A DNA stretch of 47,870 nucleotides from Chitinophagaceae bacterium UBA3430 (GCA_002378975.1 DFST01000109.1:1-47870), one strand, 5' to 3'; shown: positions 9,834 through 19,613, numbered from the stretch's first letter. Numbers and translations: made by a program. The notes: generated by a model from the letters alone, not told the origin.

Positions 9834-9918
9834 CCGGATGTGGTGAAATTGGTAGACACGTCAGACTTAGGATCTGATGCCGCAAGGTGTGGGGGTTCGA
9901 GTCCCTCCATCCGGACCA
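9834..9918 (+). tRNA. tRNA-Leu (anticodon TAG), CCA encoded
   Basis: Acceptor stem CCGGATG/CATCCGG, D-arm GTGAAATTGGTAGACAC, anticodon arm TCAGA-CTTAGGA-TCTGA, long variable arm, T-arm GGGGG-TTCGAGT-CCCTC, discriminator A then CCA. Confidence 0.96.
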
Positions 9919-9933
9919 CTGATAAATTTTTTT

Positions 9934-11310
9934 ATGGCCACCATTACGCGCGAATCCATTGCTGAACTGCACGAGAAAATCTCCGTGCGTCTTGAAAAAT
10001 CCGACTACCTGCCCGCCTTCGAGCGCGCGCTGAAAGACTACGGGAAGAAAGCCAATATCCCCGGATTCCGAAAAGGCATGGTGCCTGCCGGATTGATCAA
10101 GAAGATGTACGGCCCTTCCCTATTCACCGACGAAGTGCTGCGTACCGTCGACCGCGAAGTGGTCGGGTACCTGCAAACTGAGAAGCTGGACATCTTCGCC
10201 CAACCCCTACCGCTCGACACCGACCTGCACCAGCTCGATGTCAACAACCCCCTCGAGTATACCTTCCATTTTGAGATCGGCCGCAAACCTGAATTCAAAC
10301 TAACCGACCTGGCCAAAGCCAAAATTACCCGCTACGTCGTTGAGGTAACCGACGACATGGTAGAACAAGAAGTAACTCGTCTTCAAAACCGATACGGGAA
10401 CATGCAAGACCAGGATGTGGTCAACCAAGATGAGCAAGTCCTCAACGTTCAATTCACCGAAGTAGATGCAAAGGATGAGCCGGTTGAAGGTGGCATCCAA
10501 AAAGACAACTCCCTCCTCGTAAAATATTTTGCGTCAAATTTCCGCAGTCAGTGGACCGGTAAAAAAGTAGGCGATCACCTGGTCAGCAACCTAACCAACG
10601 CATTCGAAGAAAAAGAACGGGGTTGGATCCTGAGCGACTTGGGACTGAACGCCGATGACGCATCTGCCGCTGGAAAAAACTTCCGCCTGTCGATCACCAA
10701 GATCGGTTTGTTGGAAAAACGTGCGCTGGATGAGACCCTTTTTGAGCAACTCTACCCACAACAAGAAGTAAAGACCGAATCCGATTTCCGCAACAAGATC
10801 CGCGAAGAGATACAAGCCTATTGGAACGGTCAGTCGAATAACCAGATCCAAGACCAGGTATTCCACGCCTTGGTCGATCATACCGAGATCCCCTTCCCGG
10901 AATCCTTCCTGAAAAAATGGCTGCAGTCCCAAGGAGAAAACCCCAAAACGCCCGAGCAGGTTAACGAGGAATTCCCCACCTTCTGCAATCAATTGAAGTG
11001 GACCTTGATCTCCGAAAAGATCGTACAGGACCAAGCCCTGCAGGTCGGCCCCGACGAGATCCGTGCCTTCGCGCAACAACAACTATTTAGCTACATGGGC
11101 GGCGCTAACCTGGGGATGGATCAACCCTGGGTTAAAGAATACACCGAACGCATGATGAAGGACCGCAAATATGTGGAGGATGCTTTCCACCGAATCCAAT
11201 CACAAAAAGTGATGGAATGGGGCGCCGCACAGGTGAAACCGAAAGACGAGGCCATGGAAGCGGATAAGTTTACCCAGATGGTCGAAGAACACCGTCAACA
11301 CCACCATTAA
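9934..11310 (+). CDS. tig: Trigger factor
   Basis: Ribosome-binding signature IPGFRKGMVP; start MATITRE directly after the tRNA; upstream of clpP-clpX. Confidence 0.95.
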   Translation: MATITRESIAELHEKISVRLEKSDYLPAFERALKDYGKKANIPGFRKGMVPAGLIKKMYGPSLFTDEVLRTVDREVVGYLQTEKLDIFAQPLPLDTDLHQLDVNNPLEYTFHFEIGRKPEFKLTDLAKAKITRYVVEVTDDMVEQEVTRLQNRYGNMQDQDVVNQDEQVLNVQFTEVDAKDEPVEGGIQKDNSLLVKYFASNFRSQWTGKKVGDHLVSNLTNAFEEKERGWILSDLGLNADDASAAGKNFRLSITKIGLLEKRALDETLFEQLYPQQEVKTESDFRNKIREEIQAYWNGQSNNQIQDQVFHALVDHTEIPFPESFLKKWLQSQGENPKTPEQVNEEFPTFCNQLKWTLISEKIVQDQALQVGPDEIRAFAQQQLFSYMGGANLGMDQPWVKEYTERMMKDRKYVEDAFHRIQSQKVMEWGAAQVKPKDEAMEADKFTQMVEEHRQHHH

Positions 11311-11313
11311 ATT

Positions 11314-11343
11314 AAAAGCTGACCGATAAGGTCAGCTTTTTTT
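11314..11343 (+). terminator. Rho-independent terminator after tig
   Basis: AAAAGCTGACC-gataa-GGTCAGCTTTT followed by more Ts. Confidence 0.85.
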
Positions 11344-11441
11344 ATGACCGCGATCGGCCTGTGCGGACAAACTGTCACCGATTTTGCCAATCCGTCGATT
11401 GGACGGATATTTGATAGTACCCAACTGTACAAACAAACTCC

Positions 11442-12134
11442 ATGGGATTCAACTCCGAATTTGAAAAATTTGCCGTCAAACACCAGGGCATTTCCAGCAA
11501 CACCTTGCACGGATACGCTTCACACCTGGTAACTGCCATGACGCCCAATATCATCGAGGAACGTTCACTGAACGTAGCCGTGATGGATGTATATAGCCGA
11601 CTCATGATGGACCGCATCATCTTCCTCGGATACCCCATCAACGATGAGATCGCCAACATCGTAACCGCTCAATTGCTGTTTCTCGATTCAACCGATCGTA
11701 ACCGCGACATCAACATGTACATCAACAGCCCGGGGGGGAGTGTATACGCCGGTCTGGGGGTATATGATACCATGCAATATGTAAGCCCCGACATCGCCAC
11801 CATTTGCATCGGCGTAGCCGCCTCCATGGCCTGTGTGCTTCTGGGAGCAGGTACCAACGGAAAGCGGGCCGCACTTCGTCACTCCCGCATCATGATGCAC
11901 CAGCCCAGTGGCGCCATCGGCGGACAGGCCAGCGACATCGAAATCACCGTCAATGAGATCCGTAAACTCAAACGAGAACTGTATGATGTGGTGAACCTGC
12001 ATACCGGCAAACCCGTTGAGCAAATCGAGAAAGATTTCGATCGCGACAATTGGATGACAGCCGAAGAAGCCAAGCAATACGGATTGATCGATGAAGTACT
12101 GCTCACCAATCCCAAGAAACAAAACAAATCCTGA
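11442..12134 (+). CDS. clpP: ATP-dependent Clp protease proteolytic subunit (canonical Bacteroidota type)
   Basis: MDVYSRLMMDRIIFLG, YINSPGG, AASM (Ser), MMHQP (His), DRDNW (Asp). Confidence 0.96.
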   Translation: MGFNSEFEKFAVKHQGISSNTLHGYASHLVTAMTPNIIEERSLNVAVMDVYSRLMMDRIIFLGYPINDEIANIVTAQLLFLDSTDRNRDINMYINSPGGSVYAGLGVYDTMQYVSPDIATICIGVAASMACVLLGAGTNGKRAALRHSRIMMHQPSGAIGGQASDIEITVNEIRKLKRELYDVVNLHTGKPVEQIEKDFDRDNWMTAEEAKQYGLIDEVLLTNPKKQNKS

Positions 12135-12156
12135 TCTCTTTCCAACCCATCGAATC

Positions 12157-12789
12157 ATGAAACCGAATCCGATATACGCAAAAGCCCCTTGGATCAACGA
12201 AGAAGAGGAAGAGCAAGAAGAGCGTCCTAAATCCGATCTGGGTATGTTTAATAAAAAACTGGAGCGTTATTTCTTCGAAAAACGTGCCGTTTATCTCTGG
12301 GGCGTGGTGGACGATAAAAGTGCACGCGACGTGGTCAGCAAATTGTTGCTGCTTGATGCCGACAAGCCCGGCGAAGAAATCAAATTTTACATCAACAGCC
12401 CGGGCGGTGTGGTCACCAGCGGCATGGTCATCTACGATACGATGCAACTGATCCAAAGTCCGGTCAGCACGATCTGCATGGGATTGGCCGCCTCCATGGG
12501 CAGTATCTTACTCAGTGGTGGCGTGAAAGGCCGCCGTTTCATTTTCCCACATGGCGAAGTCATGATTCATCAACCCTCGTTGGGTGGATACATTCAAGGT
12601 GTTAGTGCCGACCTAGAGATCCAAGCCGAGCAAACACGCCGGGTTAAAGAGATCGGTGCGGGCATCTTGGCAAAGAATTGCGGAAAAACCGTTGAACAGA
12701 TCATGCGCGATTTTGACCGCGATTACTGGATGGATGCAAAGCAATCCATCGAATATGGCATCGCCGACCAGTTGATCGATAAACTTTAA
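12157..12789 (+). CDS. clpP: Second ClpP paralog
   Basis: FYINSPGG, GLAASMG, MIHQP, DRDYW. Start moved to MKPNP to avoid overlap with the first clpP. Acidic N-terminus EEEEEQEE. Confidence 0.93.
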   Translation: MKPNPIYAKAPWINEEEEEQEERPKSDLGMFNKKLERYFFEKRAVYLWGVVDDKSARDVVSKLLLLDADKPGEEIKFYINSPGGVVTSGMVIYDTMQLIQSPVSTICMGLAASMGSILLSGGVKGRRFIFPHGEVMIHQPSLGGYIQGVSADLEIQAEQTRRVKEIGAGILAKNCGKTVEQIMRDFDRDYWMDAKQSIEYGIADQLIDKL

Positions 12790-12881
12790 GGAACAGGCTA
12801 TCAATGGCTTGAATCAATTGATTCCTCCCATCGGATCACATTCCGTTTGCTTGCCCTAATTTTACGACTCCAATTTTACGA

Positions 12882-14123
12882 ATGGCGAAGAATCAACAAC
12901 TACACTGTTCTTTTTGTGGTCGTAGCCGCGACGAGGTCAAAATTCTCATTGCCGGACAAGAAGGCCATATTTGCGAAAACTGCGTAGAGCATGCCCGAGA
13001 GATCATCGACCAAGAAATCTCCGTCAAATCCGATAAAGGGAGTGGGTCTTTCAAGCTCAGTGTCAAAAAGCCCATCGAGATCAAAGAGTTCCTGGATGAA
13101 TATGTGATCGGACAGGACGATGCCAAAAGAGTACTGGCGGTTGCCGTGTACAATCACTACAAACGACTCACTCATCGTCAGGTAGATTCGACCTCCGAGG
13201 TAGAGATCGATAAAAGCAACATCATCATGGTGGGCGAGACCGGCACGGGTAAAACCTTGTTGGCCAAAAGCATCGCCCGCATGCTCAACGTTCCGTTTGC
13301 CATCGTAGATGCCACTGTTTTCACGGAGGCCGGTTATGTGGGAGAAGACGTCGAGAGCATTCTGACACGCCTCCTTCAAGTTTGCAATTACGATGTAGCC
13401 GCTGCGGAACGAGGCATCGTGTACATCGATGAGATCGATAAGATCGCCCGAAAAGGGGATAACCCCTCCATCACGCGCGATGTAAGTGGCGAAGGCGTAC
13501 AACAGGGCATGCTCAAGTTGTTGGAAGGAAGCGACGTATTGGTACCTCCACAAGGGGGACGCAAACACCCCGAGCAAAAGCTGGTCAAGGTCAACACGCA
13601 ACACATCCTCTTCATCTGTGGGGGCGCTTTTGACGGAATTCAAAAGATCATCGGCCGTCGCGTACAATCGAATACCATCGGATTCCACGTAGACAAAGAA
13701 GAACAAGAATATCGCCAGAAGAATTTATTGCAGTTCATCAATGCAACCGATCTAAAACAATTCGGATTGATTCCAGAACTGTTGGGACGCTTGCCGGTGG
13801 TCACGCATTTGGACCCGTTGGATGGACCGGCCCTAAAATCGATTCTGACCGAACCAAAGAACGCCCTGATCAAACAATACAAACGCCTTTTTGAATTGGA
13901 AGACATTGAGCTCAGCGTCGAAGAACCCGCCCTTGATTTCATGGTGGAGAAAGCGATGGAATACAAATTGGGCGCGCGTGGTCTACGAAGCATTTGCGAG
14001 AGCATTCTCACCGATGCGATGTACGAGCTACCCACCACGGAGGTCAAATCATTCACCCTCGATCTGGAATATGCCAAGCGAAATTTCGAAAAGAGCAAGA
14101 TGAGCTTGCTGAAAGTGGCATAA
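12882..14123 (+). CDS. clpX: ATP-dependent Clp protease ATP-binding subunit ClpX
   Basis: Zn finger CSFC...CENC, Walker [35 protein letters not shown] loop, GARGLR. Confidence 0.97.
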   Translation: MAKNQQLHCSFCGRSRDEVKILIAGQEGHICENCVEHAREIIDQEISVKSDKGSGSFKLSVKKPIEIKEFLDEYVIGQDDAKRVLAVAVYNHYKRLTHRQVDSTSEVEIDKSNIIMVGETGTGKTLLAKSIARMLNVPFAIVDATVFTEAGYVGEDVESILTRLLQVCNYDVAAAERGIVYIDEIDKIARKGDNPSITRDVSGEGVQQGMLKLLEGSDVLVPPQGGRKHPEQKLVKVNTQHILFICGGAFDGIQKIIGRRVQSNTIGFHVDKEEQEYRQKNLLQFINATDLKQFGLIPELLGRLPVVTHLDPLDGPALKSILTEPKNALIKQYKRLFELEDIELSVEEPALDFMVEKAMEYKLGARGLRSICESILTDAMYELPTTEVKSFTLDLEYAKRNFEKSKMSLLKVA

Positions 14124-14143
14124 ATCAACCTATACTAGACCCC

Positions 14144-14287
14144 ATGCAAGAACTCATTCAAAAACTTCAGGAAGAAGCCGGTCTGACCGAAGCGCAGGCC
14201 CGACAAGCCATCACCACGGTTAAGAATTTTGTGGTCGATAAGTTCCCCATGCTGGAGTCGGCCGCGGATAAACTATTCGGCGAATAA
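14144..14287 (+). CDS. Small helical hypothetical protein, 47 aa
   Basis: MQELIQKLQEEAGLTEAQARQAITTVKNFVVDKFPMLESAADKLFGE fills the clpX-nrdJ gap; amphipathic pattern; followed by a hairpin. Confidence 0.75.
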   Translation: MQELIQKLQEEAGLTEAQARQAITTVKNFVVDKFPMLESAADKLFGE

Positions 14288-14313
14288 AAAATCCCGACCT
14301 ATTGATCGGGATT
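14286..14313 (-). terminator. Terminator between the convergent small ORF and nrdJ
   Basis: AATCCCGA-N8-TCGGGATT stem with a T-run on the minus strand. Confidence 0.7.
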
Positions 14314-14348
14314 CAATGTTATCCATCCGGTTTTTCGAGAAAACTTAA

Positions 14349-17300
14349 TTAACCGCAACCACCCTGGTTGCCGCAGTTCAGGCATTTGTAGCAAGCCCCG
14401 CTGCGCATCATGATGTTGCCACAAACATTACAGGCAGGCGCATCACTCTGCATATTCTTGGCAGCCGCATTCATGGCATCCAAGGCGGATTCAGCTTTGA
14501 CGGGTTGAGCGGATTTTACGGCCGCTTTGCTCGCCTGGGGCGTTGTACTGGGTGCTACGCGTACACTGGACAATTCCAGGTCTTTGGCATATTCCAGACC
14601 GTTCGAAGGGATTTCATCCCACTCGTCGCTTCCTGTGTTCATTACCTCGGCTTTGTCAAGTACATGTACCAAGTCGGTTCGACCCAGGTACTCATAACCC
14701 AGTACGCGGAAGATGAAGTCAACGATCGAGGTCGTGGTTTTGATGTTCGGATGCTCAACGAATCCGGACGGATCGAAGCGGGTAAATGCGAATTTATCAA
14801 CGAATTCTTCCAACGGCACGCCATACTGCAATCCGATCGATACAGAGATGGCAAAGCAGTTCATCATGCTACGCATGGTAGCTCCTTCTTTCGCCATGTC
14901 CACGAAGATCTCACCCAAGGTTCCGTCGGCATATTCACCGGTTCGAACGAACACGGCTTGTCCGCTGATCTTCGCCTTCTGTGTAAATCCGCGACGCTTG
15001 GCCGGGAGCGTGCGTCGCTCTACAATGCTGGCCAGCTTGCGCTTCAATTTTGTATCGGGTGAAGCTTGAACACGCTTCTGTACTTCTTCCAATAATTCTT
15101 CAACAGTCAGTTTGCCGAGGTCGACAATATTTGAATCCGCTGCAACCGGGGCTTCCGCAACAGTAGCCGTGGCGTCGGTATCGGTCTTTTTCTTCTTGTC
15201 GGACTTGTTGCTGAGCGGCTGAGAAAGTTTGGAACCATCGCGGTAGAGCGCATTGGCTTTCAAGCCCAATTTCCAACTCAGGTAATACGCATCTGCAACT
15301 TCCTCGACGCTAGCCTCGTGCGGGAGGTTAATTGTTTTGGAGATAGCACCGCTGATGAATGGTTGTGTGGCACCCATCATCCGGATGTGGCCGTGTGCAT
15401 GGATGTAACGCTGTCCTTTCTGACCGCATTTGTTGGCACAATCAAACACTGGCAGATGCTCGTCTTTCAGACCAGGCGCTTCTTCGAGCATCATGGTACC
15501 GCAGACGTAATCGTTTGCAGCTTCGATCTGCTCATCGGTAAAGCCCAAGGCTTCGAGCAAGCTCCACTCGAAATCATTGTATTGCTCGGGCGTGAAGCCC
15601 AGGCGTTGCAGGCACTCTTCACCCAAGGTGTATTTGTTGAATACGAACCCGATTTCAAAGGCCGTGATTGCAGCTGCGTCCAATCGCTTGATCTCATCGG
15701 CAATGAATCCCTTCTCACTCAGCGATTGATGATTGATGAACGGAGCACCGGCGAAGCTGGCCGATCCGACTGCATATTTGATGATGGCATCGGTTTCTTT
15801 TTCAGAATAGCCCAAGTTGCGCAGGGCCGTGGGCACCGATTGGTTGATGATCTTGAAGTAACCGCCGCCGGAGAGTTTTTTGAATTTCACGAGTGCGAAA
15901 TCGGGTTCCACACCGGTCGTGTCGCAGTCCATAACCAGTCCGATCGTTCCGGTTGGCGCGATTACCGTGGATTGCGCATTGCGGTATCCATATTTTTCGC
16001 CCAATTCACAAGCTGCATCCCAGGCCTTGCAAGCGGCTTTGAGCAAATAGTCTGGGCAGTATTTGACTTTAATGCCCTGTGGCTTGAGGCTCAAGTTCTC
16101 ATACTCGTCCGCATCGTAAGCTGCCAAGCGATGGTTGCGCATCACACGCATCATGTGCGCCTTGTTCTCTTCGTAGCGAGGGAAGGCACCCAACACCTGG
16201 GCCATTTCAGCAGAGGTCTTGTAGGAAGTACCGGTCATGATCGCGGTGATGGCACCGGCGATGGCACGGGCTTCTTCACTGTCGTAAGGAATACCACTCA
16301 CCATCAGCATGGTTCCGAGGTTCGCATAACCCAATCCCAGCGTGCGGTACTCATAGCTGAGTTGTGCCACTTCCTTGGAAGGGAACTGCGCCATCAGTAC
16401 GGAGATTTCCAATACAACGGTCCACAAACGGCAATTGTACTCGTATCCTTCTACATCAAAGGCGTTGGTGTTTGCATTGTAGAACTTCATCAGGTTGGCT
16501 GATGCCAGGTTACAAGCGGTGTTGTCGAGGAACATGTACTCCGAGCAAGGATTCGAAGCACGAATGGGACCCCCTTCCGGACACGTGTGCCATTCGTTGA
16601 TGGTCGTATTGTACTGGGTGCCAGGATCCGCGCAGCGCCAAGCGGCATAGGCGATCTGGTTCCAGAGTTCGCGGGAAGGAATTTTTTTCATGACCCGACC
16701 GTCCATGCGACCGGTCAATTCCCAATCCTCGCCTTTTTCCAGTTTCTCAAAGAAAGCATTGGGAATACGGATGGAGTTATTGGAATTCTGTCCGCTCACG
16801 GTTCGATATGCCTCGTCTTCATAACCCGAGGGATATCCCGCAGCGATGAGGGCACCTACTTTCTTCTCTTCCTCTACTTTCCAATTGATAAAGTCAACGA
16901 TCTCGGGGTGATCCAGATCCAGACAGACCATTTTGGCAGCACGACGTGTGGTACCGCCTGATTTGATGGCTCCGGCAGCGCGGTCACCAATTTTCAAGAA
17001 GCTCATCAAACCGGAAGAGCTTCCACCACCACTGAGCTTTTCGCCTTCTCCACGGAGGTTGGAGTAGTTCGTACCCACACCCGATCCGTATTTGAAAATG
17101 CGGGCTTCACGAACCCAGAGATCCATGATCCCTCCCTCATTCACCAGATCATCGTTCACGCTCAGGATGAAACAAGCGTGGGGTTGGGGACGCTCATAGG
17201 CATTCTGTGATTTCTTCAACTCCCCATCTGTCGGATCTACATAGTAGTGACCTTGAGGTTTACCCGCAATGCCGTAGCTCTCGTACAGTCCGGTATTGAA

Positions 17301-17720
17301 CCATTGCGGACTATTGGGCACACACATTTGATCGAGGATCGAATAGACCAACTCTTCGTAGAATACTTGTGCATCGTTGGCGCTAGCGAAATATCCATAC
17401 CGCTCGCCCCACACGCGCCAACAGTTGGCCATGCGATGCGCCACTTGTTTGGCCGAACGCTCGCGACCCAGGGTCCCGTCGGCCTGGGGAACACCCGCCT
17501 TGCGAAAATATTTTTGGGCCAGAATGTCTGTGGCAATCTGGCTCCATTGTTTAGGCACCTCCACTTCTGTCATCTCAAAAACGACTTCGCCCGTAGGGTT
17601 GCGAATCACCGAGGTACGGTAATCGTACTCAAACTGATCGAACACGGATACATCCTCCCGAGTGAAGCGACGTTGGAACTGCAAACCGCGTACCGCGGAT
17701 GCTTGCTTTTTAGCTGCCAT
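14349..17720 (-). CDS. nrdJ: Vitamin B12-dependent (class II) ribonucleotide reductase
   Basis: PNSPQWFNTG, HACFI, GGTTRRAAKM, ASNPCSEY (catalytic), ACNLAS, APTGTI, GAISKTIN, YRDGSK, a TSCPD-like region and a C-terminal CxxC...CxxC. No intein seen. Confidence 0.96.
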   Translation of the reverse strand: MAAKKQASAVRGLQFQRRFTREDVSVFDQFEYDYRTSVIRNPTGEVVFEMTEVEVPKQWSQIATDILAQKYFRKAGVPQADGTLGRERSAKQVAHRMANCWRVWGERYGYFASANDAQVFYEELVYSILDQMCVPNSPQWFNTGLYESYGIAGKPQGHYYVDPTDGELKKSQNAYERPQPHACFILSVNDDLVNEGGIMDLWVREARIFKYGSGVGTNYSNLRGEGEKLSGGGSSSGLMSFLKIGDRAAGAIKSGGTTRRAAKMVCLDLDHPEIVDFINWKVEEEKKVGALIAAGYPSGYEDEAYRTVSGQNSNNSIRIPNAFFEKLEKGEDWELTGRMDGRVMKKIPSRELWNQIAYAAWRCADPGTQYNTTINEWHTCPEGGPIRASNPCSEYMFLDNTACNLASANLMKFYNANTNAFDVEGYEYNCRLWTVVLEISVLMAQFPSKEVAQLSYEYRTLGLGYANLGTMLMVSGIPYDSEEARAIAGAITAIMTGTSYKTSAEMAQVLGAFPRYEENKAHMMRVMRNHRLAAYDADEYENLSLKPQGIKVKYCPDYLLKAACKAWDAACELGEKYGYRNAQSTVIAPTGTIGLVMDCDTTGVEPDFALVKFKKLSGGGYFKIINQSVPTALRNLGYSEKETDAIIKYAVGSASFAGAPFINHQSLSEKGFIADEIKRLDAAAITAFEIGFVFNKYTLGEECLQRLGFTPEQYNDFEWSLLEALGFTDEQIEAANDYVCGTMMLEEAPGLKDEHLPVFDCANKCGQKGQRYIHAHGHIRMMGATQPFISGAISKTINLPHEASVEEVADAYYLSWKLGLKANALYRDGSKLSQPLSNKSDKKKKTDTDATATVAEAPVAADSNIVDLGKLTVEELLEEVQKRVQASPDTKLKRKLASIVERRTLPAKRRGFTQKAKISGQAVFVRTGEYADGTLGEIFVDMAKEGATMRSMMNCFAISVSIGLQYGVPLEEFVDKFAFTRFDPSGFVEHPNIKTTTSIVDFIFRVLGYEYLGRTDLVHVLDKAEVMNTGSDEWDEIPSNGLEYAKDLELSSVRVAPSTTPQASKAAVKSAQPVKAESALDAMNAAAKNMQSDAPACNVCGNIMMRSGACYKCLNCGNQGGCG

Positions 17721-17840
17721 AACTATGAAAATCTTTAATGGGTTTTGGTCTGGTTTGGATCAAAACACCTCCGCGAGGGAGGTGTGTGAACGAAACTATT
17801 TTTTGTTAGTTAGAATTCCACGGCTCAAATATCAACATCG

Positions 17841-17904
17841 TGTGGAAAAGGGTGTGTAACTGCGTGAAACGCCTGACAGCAAGGCGTTTCAGCATTTTTA
17901 CACA
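17841..17904. promoter_or_regulatory. Two DnaA-box consensus matches with an inverted repeat, upstream of nrdJ
   Basis: TTTTCCACA on the minus strand (17841-17849) and TTTTACACA on the plus strand (17896-17904) both fit TTWTNCACA. TGAAACGCCT/AGGCGTTTCA stem at 17865-17891. Confidence 0.45.
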
Positions 17905-18092
17905 GGTACCTGAAAAAGGTAGAGAAAAAAATTTGGGAAATTTCATGCAAGCTTCTATTTGTCGAAAAATCGATCCCCAATGGGAAGGCAAACTGGTAAA
18001 AAGCGGGCATGGCCTTGCTGCGTACAATCAGCCACAACGCCCATTTTGTTCAACTATCTTCGTGGTGGATGTTGATTAAGATTAAGATTACA

Positions 18093-18812
18093 ATGAAATA
18101 CAAAATATTTTGCCTGTGTCTGTGCGCTTTTTATCTGGAGGCCGGATCGCAGACTACCACCCACGCTTGGGGCAGTGTATTCATGAATGGTCCGTATAAG
18201 AAAAGCTGGGGGCTACACTTGGATGCGCAGGTTCGGAGTGCGGAACAAAGTCGATCGGTCAAATCTTGGTTGATCCGGGCGGGGCTTCAACGCAAATTGA
18301 ATACGCGTCATTCACTGGCCTTGGGGTATGCGTACGTTTGGACCCAAACGATCGCTGCCGGTTTTCGAAGCCATCAACCCGAACACCGCATTTGGCAGCA
18401 ATGGCTCTATCAACACCCCCTGCTGGGCTCAACCCTTCAACATCGTTTTCGGCTGGAAGAACGCTTCATCAGAAACGGGCAGATAACGGAGGGAAGCGGC
18501 ATCGCGGCACCGGCCTTGTACTCAACCCGATTGCGTTATTTCAATCGCCTTTTGTTGCCCGTTGGAACTTCGAAGCCTTTCGAGCAGGGTCCATTTGTCG
18601 CTTTACAAAATGAGGTTTTTCTCAACGTAACCGGAAAGTCGAAGCTAAACGGATACATATATGATCAAAATCGGCTCTATATCGCCGGAGGTTACCGAGT
18701 AAATCGCCGGCTGGACTTAGAGTTGGGATACATGCGTAGGCACCTACGCTTGCGCTCGACCAATTCTCATCAGCATATCTGGCAGATCGTCACCTACCTT
18801 CGCCCTGATTAA
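18093..18812 (+). CDS. DUF2490-like outer-membrane beta-barrel protein
   Basis: Signal peptide ending AGS|Q; WGLHLDAQVRS, EHRIWQQ, HRFRLEERF, RLRYF, QNEVFLN, DQNRLY, LELGYM. Confidence 0.8.
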   Translation: MKYKIFCLCLCAFYLEAGSQTTTHAWGSVFMNGPYKKSWGLHLDAQVRSAEQSRSVKSWLIRAGLQRKLNTRHSLALGYAYVWTQTIAAGFRSHQPEHRIWQQWLYQHPLLGSTLQHRFRLEERFIRNGQITEGSGIAAPALYSTRLRYFNRLLLPVGTSKPFEQGPFVALQNEVFLNVTGKSKLNGYIYDQNRLYIAGGYRVNRRLDLELGYMRRHLRLRSTNSHQHIWQIVTYLRPD

Positions 18813-18848
18813 CGACGAATTGGTTGTTTTTTCGGAATTTTACACTCC

Positions 18849-19613
18849 ATGCAATTGAATCACACTGGCATATACGCACAATGGGTCGATCGAAAATCGA
18901 TTGGAAAAAAATCGTTTGCCGTATTGGTGGATCCGGACAAGACATCATCCGATCAAGTGCCGGAGTTAATCGCACGAGCTGAAGCAGCACGCGTCGATTA
19001 TTTGTTGGTGGGTGGCAGTCTGGTCGTGAGTACCCATCTCGATGCCTTGGTTCGTCAGATCAAATCGATCAGCTCGATCCCGGTAATTTTGTTCCCGGGC
19101 AGTCCCAGTCAACTCACCCCGGCCGCCGATGCACTTTTGTATCTTTCTCTGATCTCCGGACGCAACCCGGAGTTACTGATCGGTCAACATGTGATCTCCG
19201 CCCCACAGGTGCGCCAAAGCGGTCTCGAGGTCATATCGACTGGGTACATGGTCATTGATGGCGGCGCCCCTACAACGGTATCGTACATCAGCAATGCGAA
19301 TCCATTGCCCGCCAATAAAACCGAGATCGCCGTTTGCACGGCGCTGGCAGGTGAAATGCTGGGCATGAAACTTATTTACATGGACGCAGGAAGTGGCGCG
19401 CCCAATCCCGTTCCAGGAAAACTGATCGAAGCTGTGGCGAAGCACATACAAATTCCCCTGATCGTTGGGGGGGGCATCACGAATCCGGATAAAGCGATTG
19501 CACAATGCCGGGCCGGTGCGGATATCATCGTCGTGGGCAATGCCATTGAAAAAGACCCGGACCTGATTCGATCGATCAGCGAGGCGATTCACTCCACCAA
19601 CCCATTCAATTGA
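18849..19613 (+). CDS. Geranylgeranylglyceryl-phosphate synthase family protein (group II GGGPS / PcrB-like)
   Basis: VLVDPDK, LVGGS, ILFPG, LSLISGRNP, YMDAGSGA, IVGGGI, VVGNAIE. Confidence 0.92.
   Translation: MQLNHTGIYAQWVDRKSIGKKSFAVLVDPDKTSSDQVPELIARAEAARVDYLLVGGSLVVSTHLDALVRQIKSISSIPVILFPGSPSQLTPAADALLYLSLISGRNPELLIGQHVISAPQVRQSGLEVISTGYMVIDGGAPTTVSYISNANPLPANKTEIAVCTALAGEMLGMKLIYMDAGSGAPNPVPGKLIEAVAKHIQIPLIVGGGITNPDKAIAQCRAGADIIVVGNAIEKDPDLIRSISEAIHSTNPFN

Noticed and set aside
9831-9840. Perfect palindrome CATCCGGATG at the tRNA 5' end
   Set aside because: Largely a by-product of the acceptor-stem sequence.
9834-9918. tRNA-Leu as a possible integration site
   Set aside because: No duplicated tRNA 3' end or integrase seen; tig follows after 15 bp.
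9877-9933. Longer tig N-terminus given by the ORF track (similar extensions for clpP2, mscL, gyrB, DUF2490, the WecA-like gene and 7418-9739)
   Set aside because: The extensions run through the tRNA, promoters or neighbouring genes; downstream ATGs fit family N-termini or signal peptides better.
15318-16502. 394-aa ORF antisense to nrdJ
   Set aside because: Lies wholly within a well-supported gene on the other strand and has no recognisable motifs; a typical codon-bias shadow ORF.
14349-17720. Possible intein or intron in the long nrdJ
   Set aside because: No intein splice or homing-endonuclease motifs; the length fits long NrdJ proteins with C-terminal domains.
17721-18092. nrdJ upstream region as oriC or a cobalamin riboswitch
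   Set aside because: Only two good DnaA boxes, no clear unwinding element or dnaA/dnaN context, and no B12-box core visible. Kept only as a regulatory hypothesis.
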